Below, in pieces: positions 36,627 through 46,225 of a stretch of DNA of 49,624 bases. The stretch is from contig JAYZAC010000156.1 of assembly GCA_036339875.1 (NCBI GenBank), forward strand, positions 1 to 49,624. The letters are read 5' to 3'. The position numbers and the translations under genes were made by a program. The number at the start of each line of letters is the position of its first letter. Within the stretch, counting starts at the first letter, position 1. A model generated the notes under the pieces. It was given only the letters and a program-made list of their open reading frames with translations, was not told where the DNA came from and searched no databases. The stretch comes from a bacterium (GTDB taxonomy: Bacteria > Muiribacteriota > UBA6191).

Positions 36627-37667
36627 TCAACGAAAAGACACTGCCAGTTTCCCAATACTCTCTCCAGATTCAAGCCATTGGTGTGCATCAGCCACATCTT
36701 GGATCGCAAATACTTTAACCTGAGGTGGGGGAATGGATTTTTCATTTACCATTCCCATCAACCCGTTCAGACAATCTGTTTTAAGCAATTCATATTCAAA
36801 AAGAAAACTAAGATTAAAACCAACCAAAGCTTTATTGTCAGTAATTAAATTTAATGGATTAAAACGCGGAGTTTTTAGTAAACCGAAAGCAGCTTTCAGA
36901 TAATTTAATTTACCACCCTGTTTGGGTAGAAGATTATGTGAGCCGTAGGAAACCAACTTACCTGTTGGCTTCAAAGACTCATACGAAAAACTTAAAGTTG
37001 TATAACCATTTGCATCAAATACAGCATCAAAATTATAACCATATTCAGCGGTGATCTGATCATAGGTGAAATCGTCATCACCACGCGCAAAAACCTGAAC
37101 CGCACCTAACTGACTCACATACTCTTTCTTCAGTGGATTTCCAACTACACCTATTACTCTATGACCACGAGCCGTGGCCAAACTCACCAAAGCTGAACCT
37201 ACACCGCCAGCTGCAGAATGAACTAAAAGTAAAGATTCAGGAGGCAAGTGAAAAATCTGATACAGAGCATAGTATGCCGTCATATGAGCTGCAGGTAGAC
37301 AGGCACCTTGCTCAAGTTCAAAATGTTTAGGTAGCTTAATAACTTGATTTTGAGGTAGACAAAGTACACTAGAATAACCATTGAACAAAGTGAACCCTAC
37401 GACCTCATCTCCGACCTTGAATTCAGTAACGTCGCTACCAATTTTCAAAATACGACCACTGATTTCAAAACCGGGTGTAATGGGCCATCCAACATACTTT
37501 TTAGCGGATTCGTAGACTCCCATACGAACAAGAATATCTGCATAGTTAATACCCGAATAACAAACATCAATGATAACGTCATTTGAGCTGCTTAATACTG
37601 GATCAGAGCACTCTTCTAATACCAGCTTCTCGTAACTTCCAGCGGAAGAAATCACAATTTTTCGCAT
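36627..37667 (-). CDS. MDR-superfamily NAD(P)-dependent oxidoreductase, VAT-1/quinone oxidoreductase-like
   Basis: GINYADILVRMG, PITPGFE, VHSAAGGVGSA, LVGFNL, SIGKL; no Zn-ligand cysteine cluster. Confidence 0.88.
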   Translation of the reverse strand: MRKIVISSAGSYEKLVLEECSDPVLSSSNDVIIDVCYSGINYADILVRMGVYESAKKYVGWPITPGFEISGRILKIGSDVTEFKVGDEVVGFTLFNGYSSVLCLPQNQVIKLPKHFELEQGACLPAAHMTAYYALYQIFHLPPESLLLVHSAAGGVGSALVSLATARGHRVIGVVGNPLKKEYVSQLGAVQVFARGDDDFTYDQITAEYGYNFDAVFDANGYTTLSFSYESLKPTGKLVSYGSHNLLPKQGGKLNYLKAAFGLLKTPRFNPLNLITDNKALVGFNLSFLFEYELLKTDCLNGLMGMVNEKSIPPPQVKVFAIQDVADAHQWLESGESIGKLAVSFR

Positions 37668-37675
37668 AACTACCT

Positions 37676-37718
37676 AAAAAAACCCGGTACAAAAGTCAAT
37701 TAACTCTAGTACCGGGTT
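37676..37718 (-). terminator. Intrinsic terminator downstream of katG
   Basis: AACCCGGTAC...GTACCGGGTT perfect 10-bp stem followed by a U run on the minus strand. Confidence 0.7.
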
Positions 37719-37730
37719 GTAAAAATCAGA

Positions 37731-39974
37731 TTATTTTAAGTCAAATCGATCAGCCTGCATTACTTTGGTCCAAGCGCTAACAAAGTCACGAACAAACTTT
37801 CTTCGACCATCATCGGCTGCATAAACTTCTGCAATTGTACGCAATTCGGCATGAGACCCAAATACTAAATCAACAGGGGTTCCTGTCCAACGTACCTTGC
37901 CAGTTTTTCGATCTACAGCATTGTAAATTCCTGGCTCAGAGGATGACTTGACCCACTTGTTAGACATATCAAGTAGATTAACAAAAAAGTCGTTACTTAG
38001 AACTCCAGGAGTATCAGTAAAGACTCCATGACTAGATCCGCCTGCATTAGCATTTAGTACTCGCATGCCACCAATTAGCACCGTCATTTCAGGTACACTC
38101 AAACCAAGCATATGGGACTTATCAACCAACATGTAGGTTGGATTAAAGCCAGCGCTCTCATGGTAATAGTTTCTAAAAGCATCTGCTTTTGGTTCAAGAT
38201 CATTAAACGAATCTACGTCTGTATGTTCTGATGTGGTGTCCATCCTACCTGGCTTAAAGGGTACTTTTATTCTTCGGTAACCATAATCGCGTGCTGCCTT
38301 CTCAACAGCAGCAGAACCTGCAAGAACGACTACGTCGGCAAATGATACTTTCTTTCCATCAGTCAATTGCCCATTAAAACTAGTTTGAATACTTTCAAGC
38401 TTCTTAAGTGCTTTACCAAGTTCAGCTGGATCATTTACTGCCCAGTCTTTTTGTGGCGCTAATCGTATCCTAGCTCCATTTGCACCGCCGCGCAAATCGG
38501 TTCCTCTAAAACTAGAAGCTGCTGCCCAAGCAGTGCGAACTAACTCACTAATACTTAATCCAGAGTTGAGAATCTTAGTCTTAAGTTTTTTAATATCATC
38601 ATCGTTAATCAATTTGTGGTTAACAGAAGGGATCGGATCTTGCCAAATCAGAGATTCAGTGGGTTTATCGCTACCTAGATAGCGACCTGCTGGACCCATA
38701 TCGCGATGAGTAAGTTTGAACCAAGCACGAGCAAATGCATCCTCAAATTCCTGCATATTATCTCTGAATCGCAGAGCAATTTTACGGTATTCAGGATCAC
38801 TCTTTAATGCAATATCCGTTGTAAGCATCATTGGAGCATGCCGTTTGTTAGGATCATGAGCGTCAGGTACCATATTGTCAGTACTTCGATTAGTCGGTCT
38901 CCATTGCTTAGCTCCAGCAGGACTACGCGTGAGTTCCCAATCGAATGCAAATAGTAGCGTTAAATATTGATTAGACCATTTTATAGGAGTAGGGGTCCAT
39001 GCTCCTTCAAGACCACTCGTAATAGTATCTTCACTATGACCTTTACCACATTTATTTTGCCATCCAAAACCTTGAGCCTCAAGCGGTGCTCCACCAGGCT
39101 CTCGTCCAACACATTTCTCTACCTTGTGTGCCCCGTGAGCTTTTCCGAAAGTATGACCCCCTGCAATTAATGCTACAGTTTCTTCATCATTCATTGCCAT
39201 CCTACCAAAAGACTCGCGGATAGCAGCAGCAGACTTTAAGGGATCAGGAACACCATTTGGGCCCTCAGGATTAACATAAATTAAGCCCATATGAGTAGCA
39301 CCGAATGGTTTCTTTAATTTTCCACTTTTGGTATGTCTATCACGACCCTTGAATTCCTGCTCAGGCCCCCAATACACTAAGTTAGGTTCCCAGTCGTCTT
39401 CACGACCGCCAGCAAACCCAAAGGTTTTGAAACCCATATCCTCTAATGCAACATTACCCGCTAAAACCATTAAATCAGCCCAGCTAAGACGTTTACCGTA
39501 TTTCTTTTTTACCGGCCATAATAGCCGTCTAGCTTTATCCAAATTGCCATTATCAGGCCAGCTATTGAGTGGGTCGAGACGCATTTGCCCACCAGCCGCG
39601 CCGCCGCGCCCATCAGTAACTCGATAAGTACCTGCGGTATGCCAGGTCATACGAATGAAGAAAGGCCCATAATGACCGTAATCAGCCGGCCACCAAGATT
39701 GAGAATCCTTCAAAGTTTTTCGAATATCCTCTTTCGCTGCTTTTAGGTCTAATTTTAAAAATTCTTTTCGATAATCAAAAGCCGGACCCATCGGATTAGA
39801 TTTTGCCGCATGTTGCCTTAAAGGTGCTAGATTCACAGCTTCAGGCCACCAAAATGAGTTGGGCTTGGCACCCAGTGGAATAGCACGTTCTTTCTCTTTA
39901 TGAGCATCAGCAGCCGGCACACAGATTAGCCCAAAACTGACAATTGCAGAAAGCGCTAAGATACTAAATTTCAT
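37731..39974 (-). CDS. katG: Catalase-peroxidase with Sec signal peptide
   Basis: [62 protein letters not shown]; start moved to ATG 39974 after GGGGGAG. Confidence 0.97.
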   Translation of the reverse strand: MKFSILALSAIVSFGLICVPAADAHKEKERAIPLGAKPNSFWWPEAVNLAPLRQHAAKSNPMGPAFDYRKEFLKLDLKAAKEDIRKTLKDSQSWWPADYGHYGPFFIRMTWHTAGTYRVTDGRGGAAGGQMRLDPLNSWPDNGNLDKARRLLWPVKKKYGKRLSWADLMVLAGNVALEDMGFKTFGFAGGREDDWEPNLVYWGPEQEFKGRDRHTKSGKLKKPFGATHMGLIYVNPEGPNGVPDPLKSAAAIRESFGRMAMNDEETVALIAGGHTFGKAHGAHKVEKCVGREPGGAPLEAQGFGWQNKCGKGHSEDTITSGLEGAWTPTPIKWSNQYLTLLFAFDWELTRSPAGAKQWRPTNRSTDNMVPDAHDPNKRHAPMMLTTDIALKSDPEYRKIALRFRDNMQEFEDAFARAWFKLTHRDMGPAGRYLGSDKPTESLIWQDPIPSVNHKLINDDDIKKLKTKILNSGLSISELVRTAWAAASSFRGTDLRGGANGARIRLAPQKDWAVNDPAELGKALKKLESIQTSFNGQLTDGKKVSFADVVVLAGSAAVEKAARDYGYRRIKVPFKPGRMDTTSEHTDVDSFNDLEPKADAFRNYYHESAGFNPTYMLVDKSHMLGLSVPEMTVLIGGMRVLNANAGGSSHGVFTDTPGVLSNDFFVNLLDMSNKWVKSSSEPGIYNAVDRKTGKVRWTGTPVDLVFGSHAELRTIAEVYAADDGRRKFVRDFVSAWTKVMQADRFDLK

Positions 39975-40035
39975 TTCTCCCCCTTCATGAGAATCAGTAC
40001 GTCTAATCATCAAATTACGAAACCATAAACATACT

Positions 40036-40050
40036 TTAGAATAATTCTAA
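40036..40050. promoter_or_regulatory. PerR/Fur-type 7-1-7 operator upstream of katG
   Basis: Perfect inverted repeat TTAGAAT-A-ATTCTAA, matching the Per-box pattern TTAnAATnATTnTAA, about 60 bp before the katG start. Confidence 0.7.
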
Positions 40051-40151
40051 TTCCTTTTAATTGTGACCTTGAAAAGACGAATTTTCAACTTTAAGAGGTA
40101 AAAACTTTCTCTAATCGAATTGTTTTTTAAACTTACAATTGTTCCCAAGGA

Positions 40152-40922
40152 TTAAATCTTGACTACTGCTTTTTCAATGTAGGCTGAATTCAATTCGACA
40201 TGCAAATAACCAAATGGATTACATAGAACTCTTGTGGAACCAATCGTATAGTCACAGTTTGCATGGGTATGTCCATGAATCCATAGTTTTGGCTGATGCT
40301 CCTCGATTAGTTTATCTAACGAGCTTGCAAAGTAACCATTCAAAGGGTCGTCATGAAATCTTGGATCTATTGAACGAAAACTCGGTAAATAGTGGGTTAT
40401 CACCACTTTCTTGGTTTGCTGAGAACTCTTGAGTGCCGAAAAAATGAAATCACGACAGGCTTGGTGTTTATCAATCATAATTTGCGGAGTAATAAAACCT
40501 TTCTCAGTTTTAATACGATGAAAATCAGGAATAATTTTATGAGCATGAGAAATGGTACTAACTTTCTTCTGATCGAAATCAGCCCAAAGAGTACCACCCA
40601 CAAATTCAACATCATCCAGTATGAAACTTCGATTATTCAAAAATTCAACATTGGGAATTAAACTACATAATTCGGTTAGCTTTTTATCTAGATCCGACAT
40701 TTCGGAATCCCAGTAATCATGATTTCCAGTTACAAAAAGAATGTGTCTAAATCGAGGACTCAATTCTTTGAACCAATCAACGATAGAAACCCCCGAACCT
40801 ATATCGCCGGCTAAAATAAGCACTGATTGAGAGTCAGTGGATAACGAGGGTAAGTCTAAAAATCCATCTACTGGTTTACGATATTCCAAATGTACATCAC
40901 TAATATAACGAATTAGCATCAA
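40152..40922 (-). CDS. Calcineurin-like metallophosphoesterase
   Basis: SDVH, AGDI, GNHD, ITH, HGHTH motifs; start may be ATG 40919. Confidence 0.9.
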   Translation of the reverse strand: MMLIRYISDVHLEYRKPVDGFLDLPSLSTDSQSVLILAGDIGSGVSIVDWFKELSPRFRHILFVTGNHDYWDSEMSDLDKKLTELCSLIPNVEFLNNRSFILDDVEFVGGTLWADFDQKKVSTISHAHKIIPDFHRIKTEKGFITPQIMIDKHQACRDFIFSALKSSQQTKKVVITHYLPSFRSIDPRFHDDPLNGYFASSLDKLIEEHQPKLWIHGHTHANCDYTIGSTRVLCNPFGYLHVELNSAYIEKAVVKI

Positions 40923-41685
40923 ATCCCTTTCTGAAAATGAGCAACATATAAGTATAACGAATTTTTTGATTTGCGCTGATGTTTTAGCGAATTTCTTTGA
41001 ACCACAGAGTGAACCAATCGACAGGGTAGCAACAATTTACCCTATTGCTGTCTGGCGGTGCTGAGCATAAAAGATCAATCTGACTAATACCTAGGCTTAC
41101 TTTTTCATAAGAATGAGATGATTTAGTTGTATGTAATTTAAAAAGTAGAACCCTAAGTTAGTATCTCACTAGTTGTTTGTAAGCTAGTTGAATTTGTTTC
41201 GGATTCGCATCATTTAATAAAAACCATCCTGATTCGAGCCAAAGAAAAACTTTCACGTATGTCATCAAGTAATGATTACTCGAAAATGCAAAACTATTTA
41301 TCCCGAATCAGCGATCTCGAATCCTCTGGGTAAAAGTAAAAGTTTATTATAAGCCAAACCGTAGGGGCTAAGAGGTTTAAAGATTCGCTATTAAAAATGA
41401 TCAATTGTAGATCACTAACTACGGCGATATGTCCCTAACTTAAAGAATTTTTTTATTCCATTTTATTTATTTTTTATATGTAGAAATTATTTCAAAATAT
41501 AAGAATTAGAACGTGAACAATTCCCATTCCAATAACAACAAATTTACACAAATATAGACAAAATAAATCATCATTTTTCACAATCTAGAACGATCATTCA
41601 AGAAAAAATAATCTCTGTAATCCACTATTAGAGAGGGTTTGAGTAACTCATAACAAATCTCTGATGTTTTTTTTTAAATTTTCTA

Positions 41686-41713
41686 TTGACGCTTTTTGTC
41701 TACTCCTTACGAT
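41686..41713 (+). promoter_or_regulatory. Putative sigma70-type promoter of the large S8 protease gene
   Basis: TTGACG-N16-TACGAT about 80 bp upstream of the start. Confidence 0.5.
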
Positions 41714-41789
41714 TTTGTTGCTAAATTTTACGTACATTCAGGTATATTTTGCGCATCGCTGCAAATCATAATTTTGATATAAGGAGCTA

Positions 41790-44348
41790 TTGATGAAAAA
41801 ACTTTTTACTGGAGTTCTGGCACTTGGTATTGCCGGCCAACTAATGGCCAAGCCTTGGGTACAGCCGGAGCTAGAAGAAACATTAAAGAATAATTCCAAT
41901 TCGCACTTCACCGTAATTGCTAAATTTCGTACTGTTGGAGCACCAATAAGTCTTCAAGGTCTTACTCCATCCGAAATAATACAATCCAAACAACGCCAAG
42001 CCGCCCTAGCAATGGATGATCTTCTAGATACCATTGAGGTTCAGCAGAAGAGAAGTTCTGACATAAAAAGAATTTCCAAATTCTGGATTGACAACAGCAT
42101 GGCAATCACAGCAACTCCAGCATTCCTGCGAACACTGAAAGATCGCGAAGATCTTGCCAGGCTGGAATTAAATGAAACTATCAAGTTATTCGACCCAATG
42201 GAAACCACGAACGAAAATTCAGATTCAGAAACTTTGACCTATGGTGTTAAGAAAGTTCGAGCGGCTAAAGTTTGGGATGAGTTAGGCATTGATGGTACTG
42301 GAGTAACAGTAGGTGTTTTAGATACCGGAATCGACTCCGACCACGCCGACCTAGCTGGTAGAGTTATCAAATCAAAAGATTTCGTTTCTGATTATGAAGA
42401 TGATACAGCCAATGACGGTCATGGCCACGGTACGCATTGTGCTGGTAGTATTGGTGGAGCTGCAACAAGCGGAATAGCGATCGGTGTTGCTCCAAAGGTC
42501 AATTTCTTAGGTGGAAAGATTTTCTCAGATTCAGGTTCAACCACTCGAGAAGCTATCATGAACGGTATGCAGTGGATGACTGATCCAGATGGTGACCCCG
42601 AAACTGATGATTTTCCACGCGTTGTCAGTAACTCATGGGGTGGTCCTTTGGGAACTCACTGGGTTGAAATTATGAATACATGGCATGCGATGGGCATCGC
42701 CCCAGTTTTCGCAGCTGGAAACAGTGGACCCCGTCCAGGCACTGTAGGCGCTCCTGGAGCTTACAAAGAATCAATTACTATCGGTGCTACTGATAGCCAA
42801 GACAAAATTGCTCGTTTCTCCAGTCGTGGACCGGTGACTTTTCAGGGTGAAACTTATATCAAGCCTGATGTTTCGGCTCCTGGTGTGAATGTGTATTCCG
42901 CAAAGAATGGTGGCGGTTATCAGAAAATGAGTGGTACCTCTATGGCGACTCCTCACGTAGCTGGTATCGTAGCTCTGATGCTTCAAGCAGACCCCGATCT
43001 TCCTGTAGAGCGTATTCGTGACATTCTACATGAAACTTCTGTAGATCTAGGCGATCCAGGTATGGATAATATCTACGGAATGGGTAGAGTCGATGCTTAC
43101 GAGGCCGTAAAACTTGTACTTACAGGTGGTAAAGCTATAGTATCAGTGGATTCCGGTGACCAAGATGCTACTATCAAAATCAATCCTGGCAACAAAATTG
43201 TTAAGGCTAGTGATGGGATAGCCAAACTGAGTCTGGCTGAAGGGTCCTACACCCTTGAAATTAGCGCTTTTGGATACTTCAGTAAAACCGTAAGTGTAGA
43301 TATTGTGGCTAAAGAGGTAAAAGAACTTAGCCTTAGTTTAGAGCAGGCTCCAACTTTTACGGCTACATTTAATGTTGCTAACTCTGGAGGGGCCCCATTG
43401 GCAGCCAATCTATCTTTTGTGGACGTTCCAGTTGAAGGAGGAGATACGAGTGAGGGGAGCTTAACTGTAGATCTACCTGGCGGTGCTTATACAGTGGTTG
43501 CTAAATCAAGAGGTTATCAGCCAAAAACAATAGATATTAATGTTACAGACAATCAAAGTTTTGATCTTGTGATGGATTCGTTACCTCCCTATGTACTTGT
43601 TGATGATGATAAAGGTAAAAACTACGAAACATATTACACAGCTGCACTAGATGAGGCTGGAATAGAGTATGATTTCAAAAATAAAACACTGTCATCTGAT
43701 GATTTAATGGGTTACGCCAATGTAATCTGGTTTACTGGCTCTGCTAGTAACGATACACTTTCTAGTAAAGAGCAGGCAGCTCTGAAGGCTTATGTAAACT
43801 CAGGTGGTCGTTTGATTCTGACTGGGCAAGACATCGGTTACAACATCAAGAACACTTCTTTCTACAAAGAGGTAGTTGGTGTCAAGTATCTTAAAGATAC
43901 ATCTAAGATTAAAACTGTAACTGGACAGAATCTTGAATTCCGACTTGATGGGCTTGATAGTGCCAATAATCAGAAATATCCTGATGTGGTCGAGCTGAAT
44001 GGTGCTGAAACTCTATTCACTTACAAAGGTCAAGGACCTGCTGGTACGCTTAACACTTATGGAGAGGGCAAGGTTGCTTATCTGGCTTTCGGATTCGAAG
44101 GAATTAAAGGTGCCTCCAGTAGAGATGCTGTTCTAGCTGTTCTTCTTGAATCCGTCAAAGCAAGTAATAGTGAACTTCTTGACCGTATTCATTGGGCTTT
44201 CAAGAAAGACAGAGAATTGCATGCAGTTCTAGTTCGTAATTTTGAAGTATCAGATGAAAATCGTGATGAGGTAGAATCCTACCTTTCCAACGCAGAATCT
44301 AAATCTGCATTCCGATCAATCATCAGTAGTCTAAAGCAACTACAGTAA
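41790..44348 (+). CDS. Secreted S8 subtilisin-like protease with two beta-sandwich (PEGA/carboxypeptidase-regulatory-like) domains and a C-terminal alpha/beta domain
   Basis: VLDTG, HGTHCAG, AGNSG, SGTSMATPH; two GxYT...GY units; VLVDDD...VIWFTG...GGRLILTGQD; AAGGAG RBS; signal peptide. Confidence 0.92.
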   Translation: MMKKLFTGVLALGIAGQLMAKPWVQPELEETLKNNSNSHFTVIAKFRTVGAPISLQGLTPSEIIQSKQRQAALAMDDLLDTIEVQQKRSSDIKRISKFWIDNSMAITATPAFLRTLKDREDLARLELNETIKLFDPMETTNENSDSETLTYGVKKVRAAKVWDELGIDGTGVTVGVLDTGIDSDHADLAGRVIKSKDFVSDYEDDTANDGHGHGTHCAGSIGGAATSGIAIGVAPKVNFLGGKIFSDSGSTTREAIMNGMQWMTDPDGDPETDDFPRVVSNSWGGPLGTHWVEIMNTWHAMGIAPVFAAGNSGPRPGTVGAPGAYKESITIGATDSQDKIARFSSRGPVTFQGETYIKPDVSAPGVNVYSAKNGGGYQKMSGTSMATPHVAGIVALMLQADPDLPVERIRDILHETSVDLGDPGMDNIYGMGRVDAYEAVKLVLTGGKAIVSVDSGDQDATIKINPGNKIVKASDGIAKLSLAEGSYTLEISAFGYFSKTVSVDIVAKEVKELSLSLEQAPTFTATFNVANSGGAPLAANLSFVDVPVEGGDTSEGSLTVDLPGGAYTVVAKSRGYQPKTIDINVTDNQSFDLVMDSLPPYVLVDDDKGKNYETYYTAALDEAGIEYDFKNKTLSSDDLMGYANVIWFTGSASNDTLSSKEQAALKAYVNSGGRLILTGQDIGYNIKNTSFYKEVVGVKYLKDTSKIKTVTGQNLEFRLDGLDSANNQKYPDVVELNGAETLFTYKGQGPAGTLNTYGEGKVAYLAFGFEGIKGASSRDAVLAVLLESVKASNSELLDRIHWAFKKDRELHAVLVRNFEVSDENRDEVESYLSNAESKSAFRSIISSLKQLQ

Positions 44349-44372
44349 ATTTAGTAAACGCGAAATATACTG

Positions 44373-44401
44373 AAGCGCCCCCTATGTGGGGCGCTTTTTT
44401 T
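44373..44401 (+). terminator. Intrinsic terminator
   Basis: AAGCGCCCC-CTATGT-GGGGCGCTTTTTTT. Confidence 0.9.
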
Positions 44402-44505
44402 ACATTAAATAAAAAGTTCTGCCTCTTACATTTACTGAATCTTGATTTGGAGTGGTCATTTGTGTATTGTGGCAGCCTGTAATCGAAACATAGAGAGGGA
44501 TTACC

Positions 44506-45960
44506 ATGCCTAAGACACCTATTACTGTAGCTCACGGGGACGGAATCGGTCCTGAAATCATGAGGGCCACCCTGCGAATACTAGAAGCTGCAGGCGCGCA
44601 AATTAAATCGGAGGTTATCGAAGTTGGAGAAAAAATTTACCTCCAGGGTAACACCACGGGTCTGGGTGCAGATGCTTGGGAATCTATTCGACGTACAAAA
44701 GTTTTTCTTAAAGCACCAATCACTACACCCCAAGGCGGCGGTTACAAAAGTCTTAACGTAACTATCAGAAAGACTCTTGGTCTATATGCAAACGTTCGAC
44801 CTTGCGTTTCGTACCATCCCTTCGTTGATACAAAGCATCCTAAAATGGATCTCGTTATCGTGCGAGAAAATGAAGAAGACCTATATGCTGGAATAGAACA
44901 TAGACAGACTGACGAAGTCGCACAATGTCTCAAACTTATTACTCTGCCGGGTAGTGAGAAGATCATTCGTTACGCTTTTGAGTTTGCAAAACTCAATGGT
45001 CGTAAAAAAGTAACTTGCTTTTCTAAAGACAATATCATGAAGATTACCGATGGAATGTTTCACAAGGCTTTCGATCGAATTGCCAAAGAATATCCAGAAA
45101 TCGAAAGTGAACATTGGATTGTTGATATAGGTACTGCACTTCTGGCAGATAAACCGGAGAGATTCGACGTGATTGTCTTACCTAATCTTTATGGGGATAT
45201 TTTATCTGATGTAGCTGCACAAATAACTGGTTCGGTAGGAATGGGTTCAAGCGCTAATATTGGTAAAGACATTGCCATGTTTGAAGCCGTCCACGGTAGT
45301 GCACCAGACATTGCGGGAAAGGGGATAGCAAACCCATCAGGACTTTTGTTAAGTGCCGTTAATATGATGGTACATATCGGTCAGCCAGAAATAGCTACGA
45401 CAATTCACAATGCTTGGCTTAAAGCACTTGAAGACGGAATTCACACGGGGGAACTCTACAAAGAAGGCTTAAGTACAGAAAAAGTGGGTACCGATGGTCT
45501 GGCGGAAGCTATTATACAGCGTCTTGGCCAAAAACCATCTCGTCTCAAACCTGTTAAATATGCTAGTACGGATAAAAAAGGTGTACAGGGAGATTACTCG
45601 CAAAGACCTCAGTCTAAGAAAGAACTTGTAGGGGTGGATGTTTTTCTTCATTGGACTGAAAAGCAGCGTGATCCGAATGCTTTGGGTGAGGCTCTAGGTA
45701 AATTTGAGTCAGGACCATTCAGTCTGCAAATGATAACCAATCGAGGTATTAAAGTATTCCCAGATGGCTTTCCAGAAACCTACTGTACGGATCACTGGCG
45801 CTGTAGATTTAGCAGTAAGGCCGCTGACGTAGCAGGAGATTATGAAAATGTCCTAGAAATCTGTCGTCAGATTAACTCCTTCGGCCTGGATATCATTAAA
45901 ACTGAGAATTTATGTCGCTTCGATGGTGAAATGGGATTTTCTCTCGGTCAAGGTCAGTAA
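44506..45960 (+). CDS. icd: NADP-dependent isocitrate dehydrogenase (long-C-terminus type)
   Basis: GDGIGPEI, KAPITTPQGGGYKSLNVTIRK, RENEEDLYAGIE, KDNIMK, NLYGDILSD, EAVHGSAPD, TDHWRCRF, C-terminal FSLGQGQ. Confidence 0.95.
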   Translation: MPKTPITVAHGDGIGPEIMRATLRILEAAGAQIKSEVIEVGEKIYLQGNTTGLGADAWESIRRTKVFLKAPITTPQGGGYKSLNVTIRKTLGLYANVRPCVSYHPFVDTKHPKMDLVIVRENEEDLYAGIEHRQTDEVAQCLKLITLPGSEKIIRYAFEFAKLNGRKKVTCFSKDNIMKITDGMFHKAFDRIAKEYPEIESEHWIVDIGTALLADKPERFDVIVLPNLYGDILSDVAAQITGSVGMGSSANIGKDIAMFEAVHGSAPDIAGKGIANPSGLLLSAVNMMVHIGQPEIATTIHNAWLKALEDGIHTGELYKEGLSTEKVGTDGLAEAIIQRLGQKPSRLKPVKYASTDKKGVQGDYSQRPQSKKELVGVDVFLHWTEKQRDPNALGEALGKFESGPFSLQMITNRGIKVFPDGFPETYCTDHWRCRFSSKAADVAGDYENVLEICRQINSFGLDIIKTENLCRFDGEMGFSLGQGQ

Positions 45961-45980
45961 AACTCTCCTCAAATCATTTA

Positions 45981-46008
45981 CCCCAGATCATTTTTCTATG
46001 ATCTGGGG
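45981..46008 (+). terminator. Hairpin after icd
   Basis: CCCCAGATCAT...ATGATCTGGGG 11-bp stem; no clear U-tract. Confidence 0.55.
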
Positions 46009-46157
46009 ATGAAACTCCTTCGTTTACTTCTCCTAAATCAACCTAAATTAAAATCTAAACAATTTAGTACAAAAAAAAACATTCTCTGTAAGCCCCATGA
46101 ATAGTAGATTTGGTATACGAAATTGTTTTATCTAAATAAAAATTCTGGTCTTATGGA

Positions 46158-46185
46158 TTGACGTTCAGTCTTTGCTCATTAAAGT
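46158..46185 (+). promoter_or_regulatory. Putative sigma70-type promoter of the C25 peptidase gene
   Basis: TTGACG-N16-TAAAGT, 40 bp before GTG 46226. Confidence 0.5.
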
Positions 46186-46225
46186 AGAGCCGCTTTGGTA
46201 TACATCTGTTGAGAAAGGAAACGAC

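Noticed and set aside
41259..41333. 24-codon ORF (MSSSNDYSKMQNYLSRISDLESSG) as a small peptide or RiPP precursor
   Set aside because: No clear RBS, no recognisable motif, and about 7 kb from the radical SAM genes.
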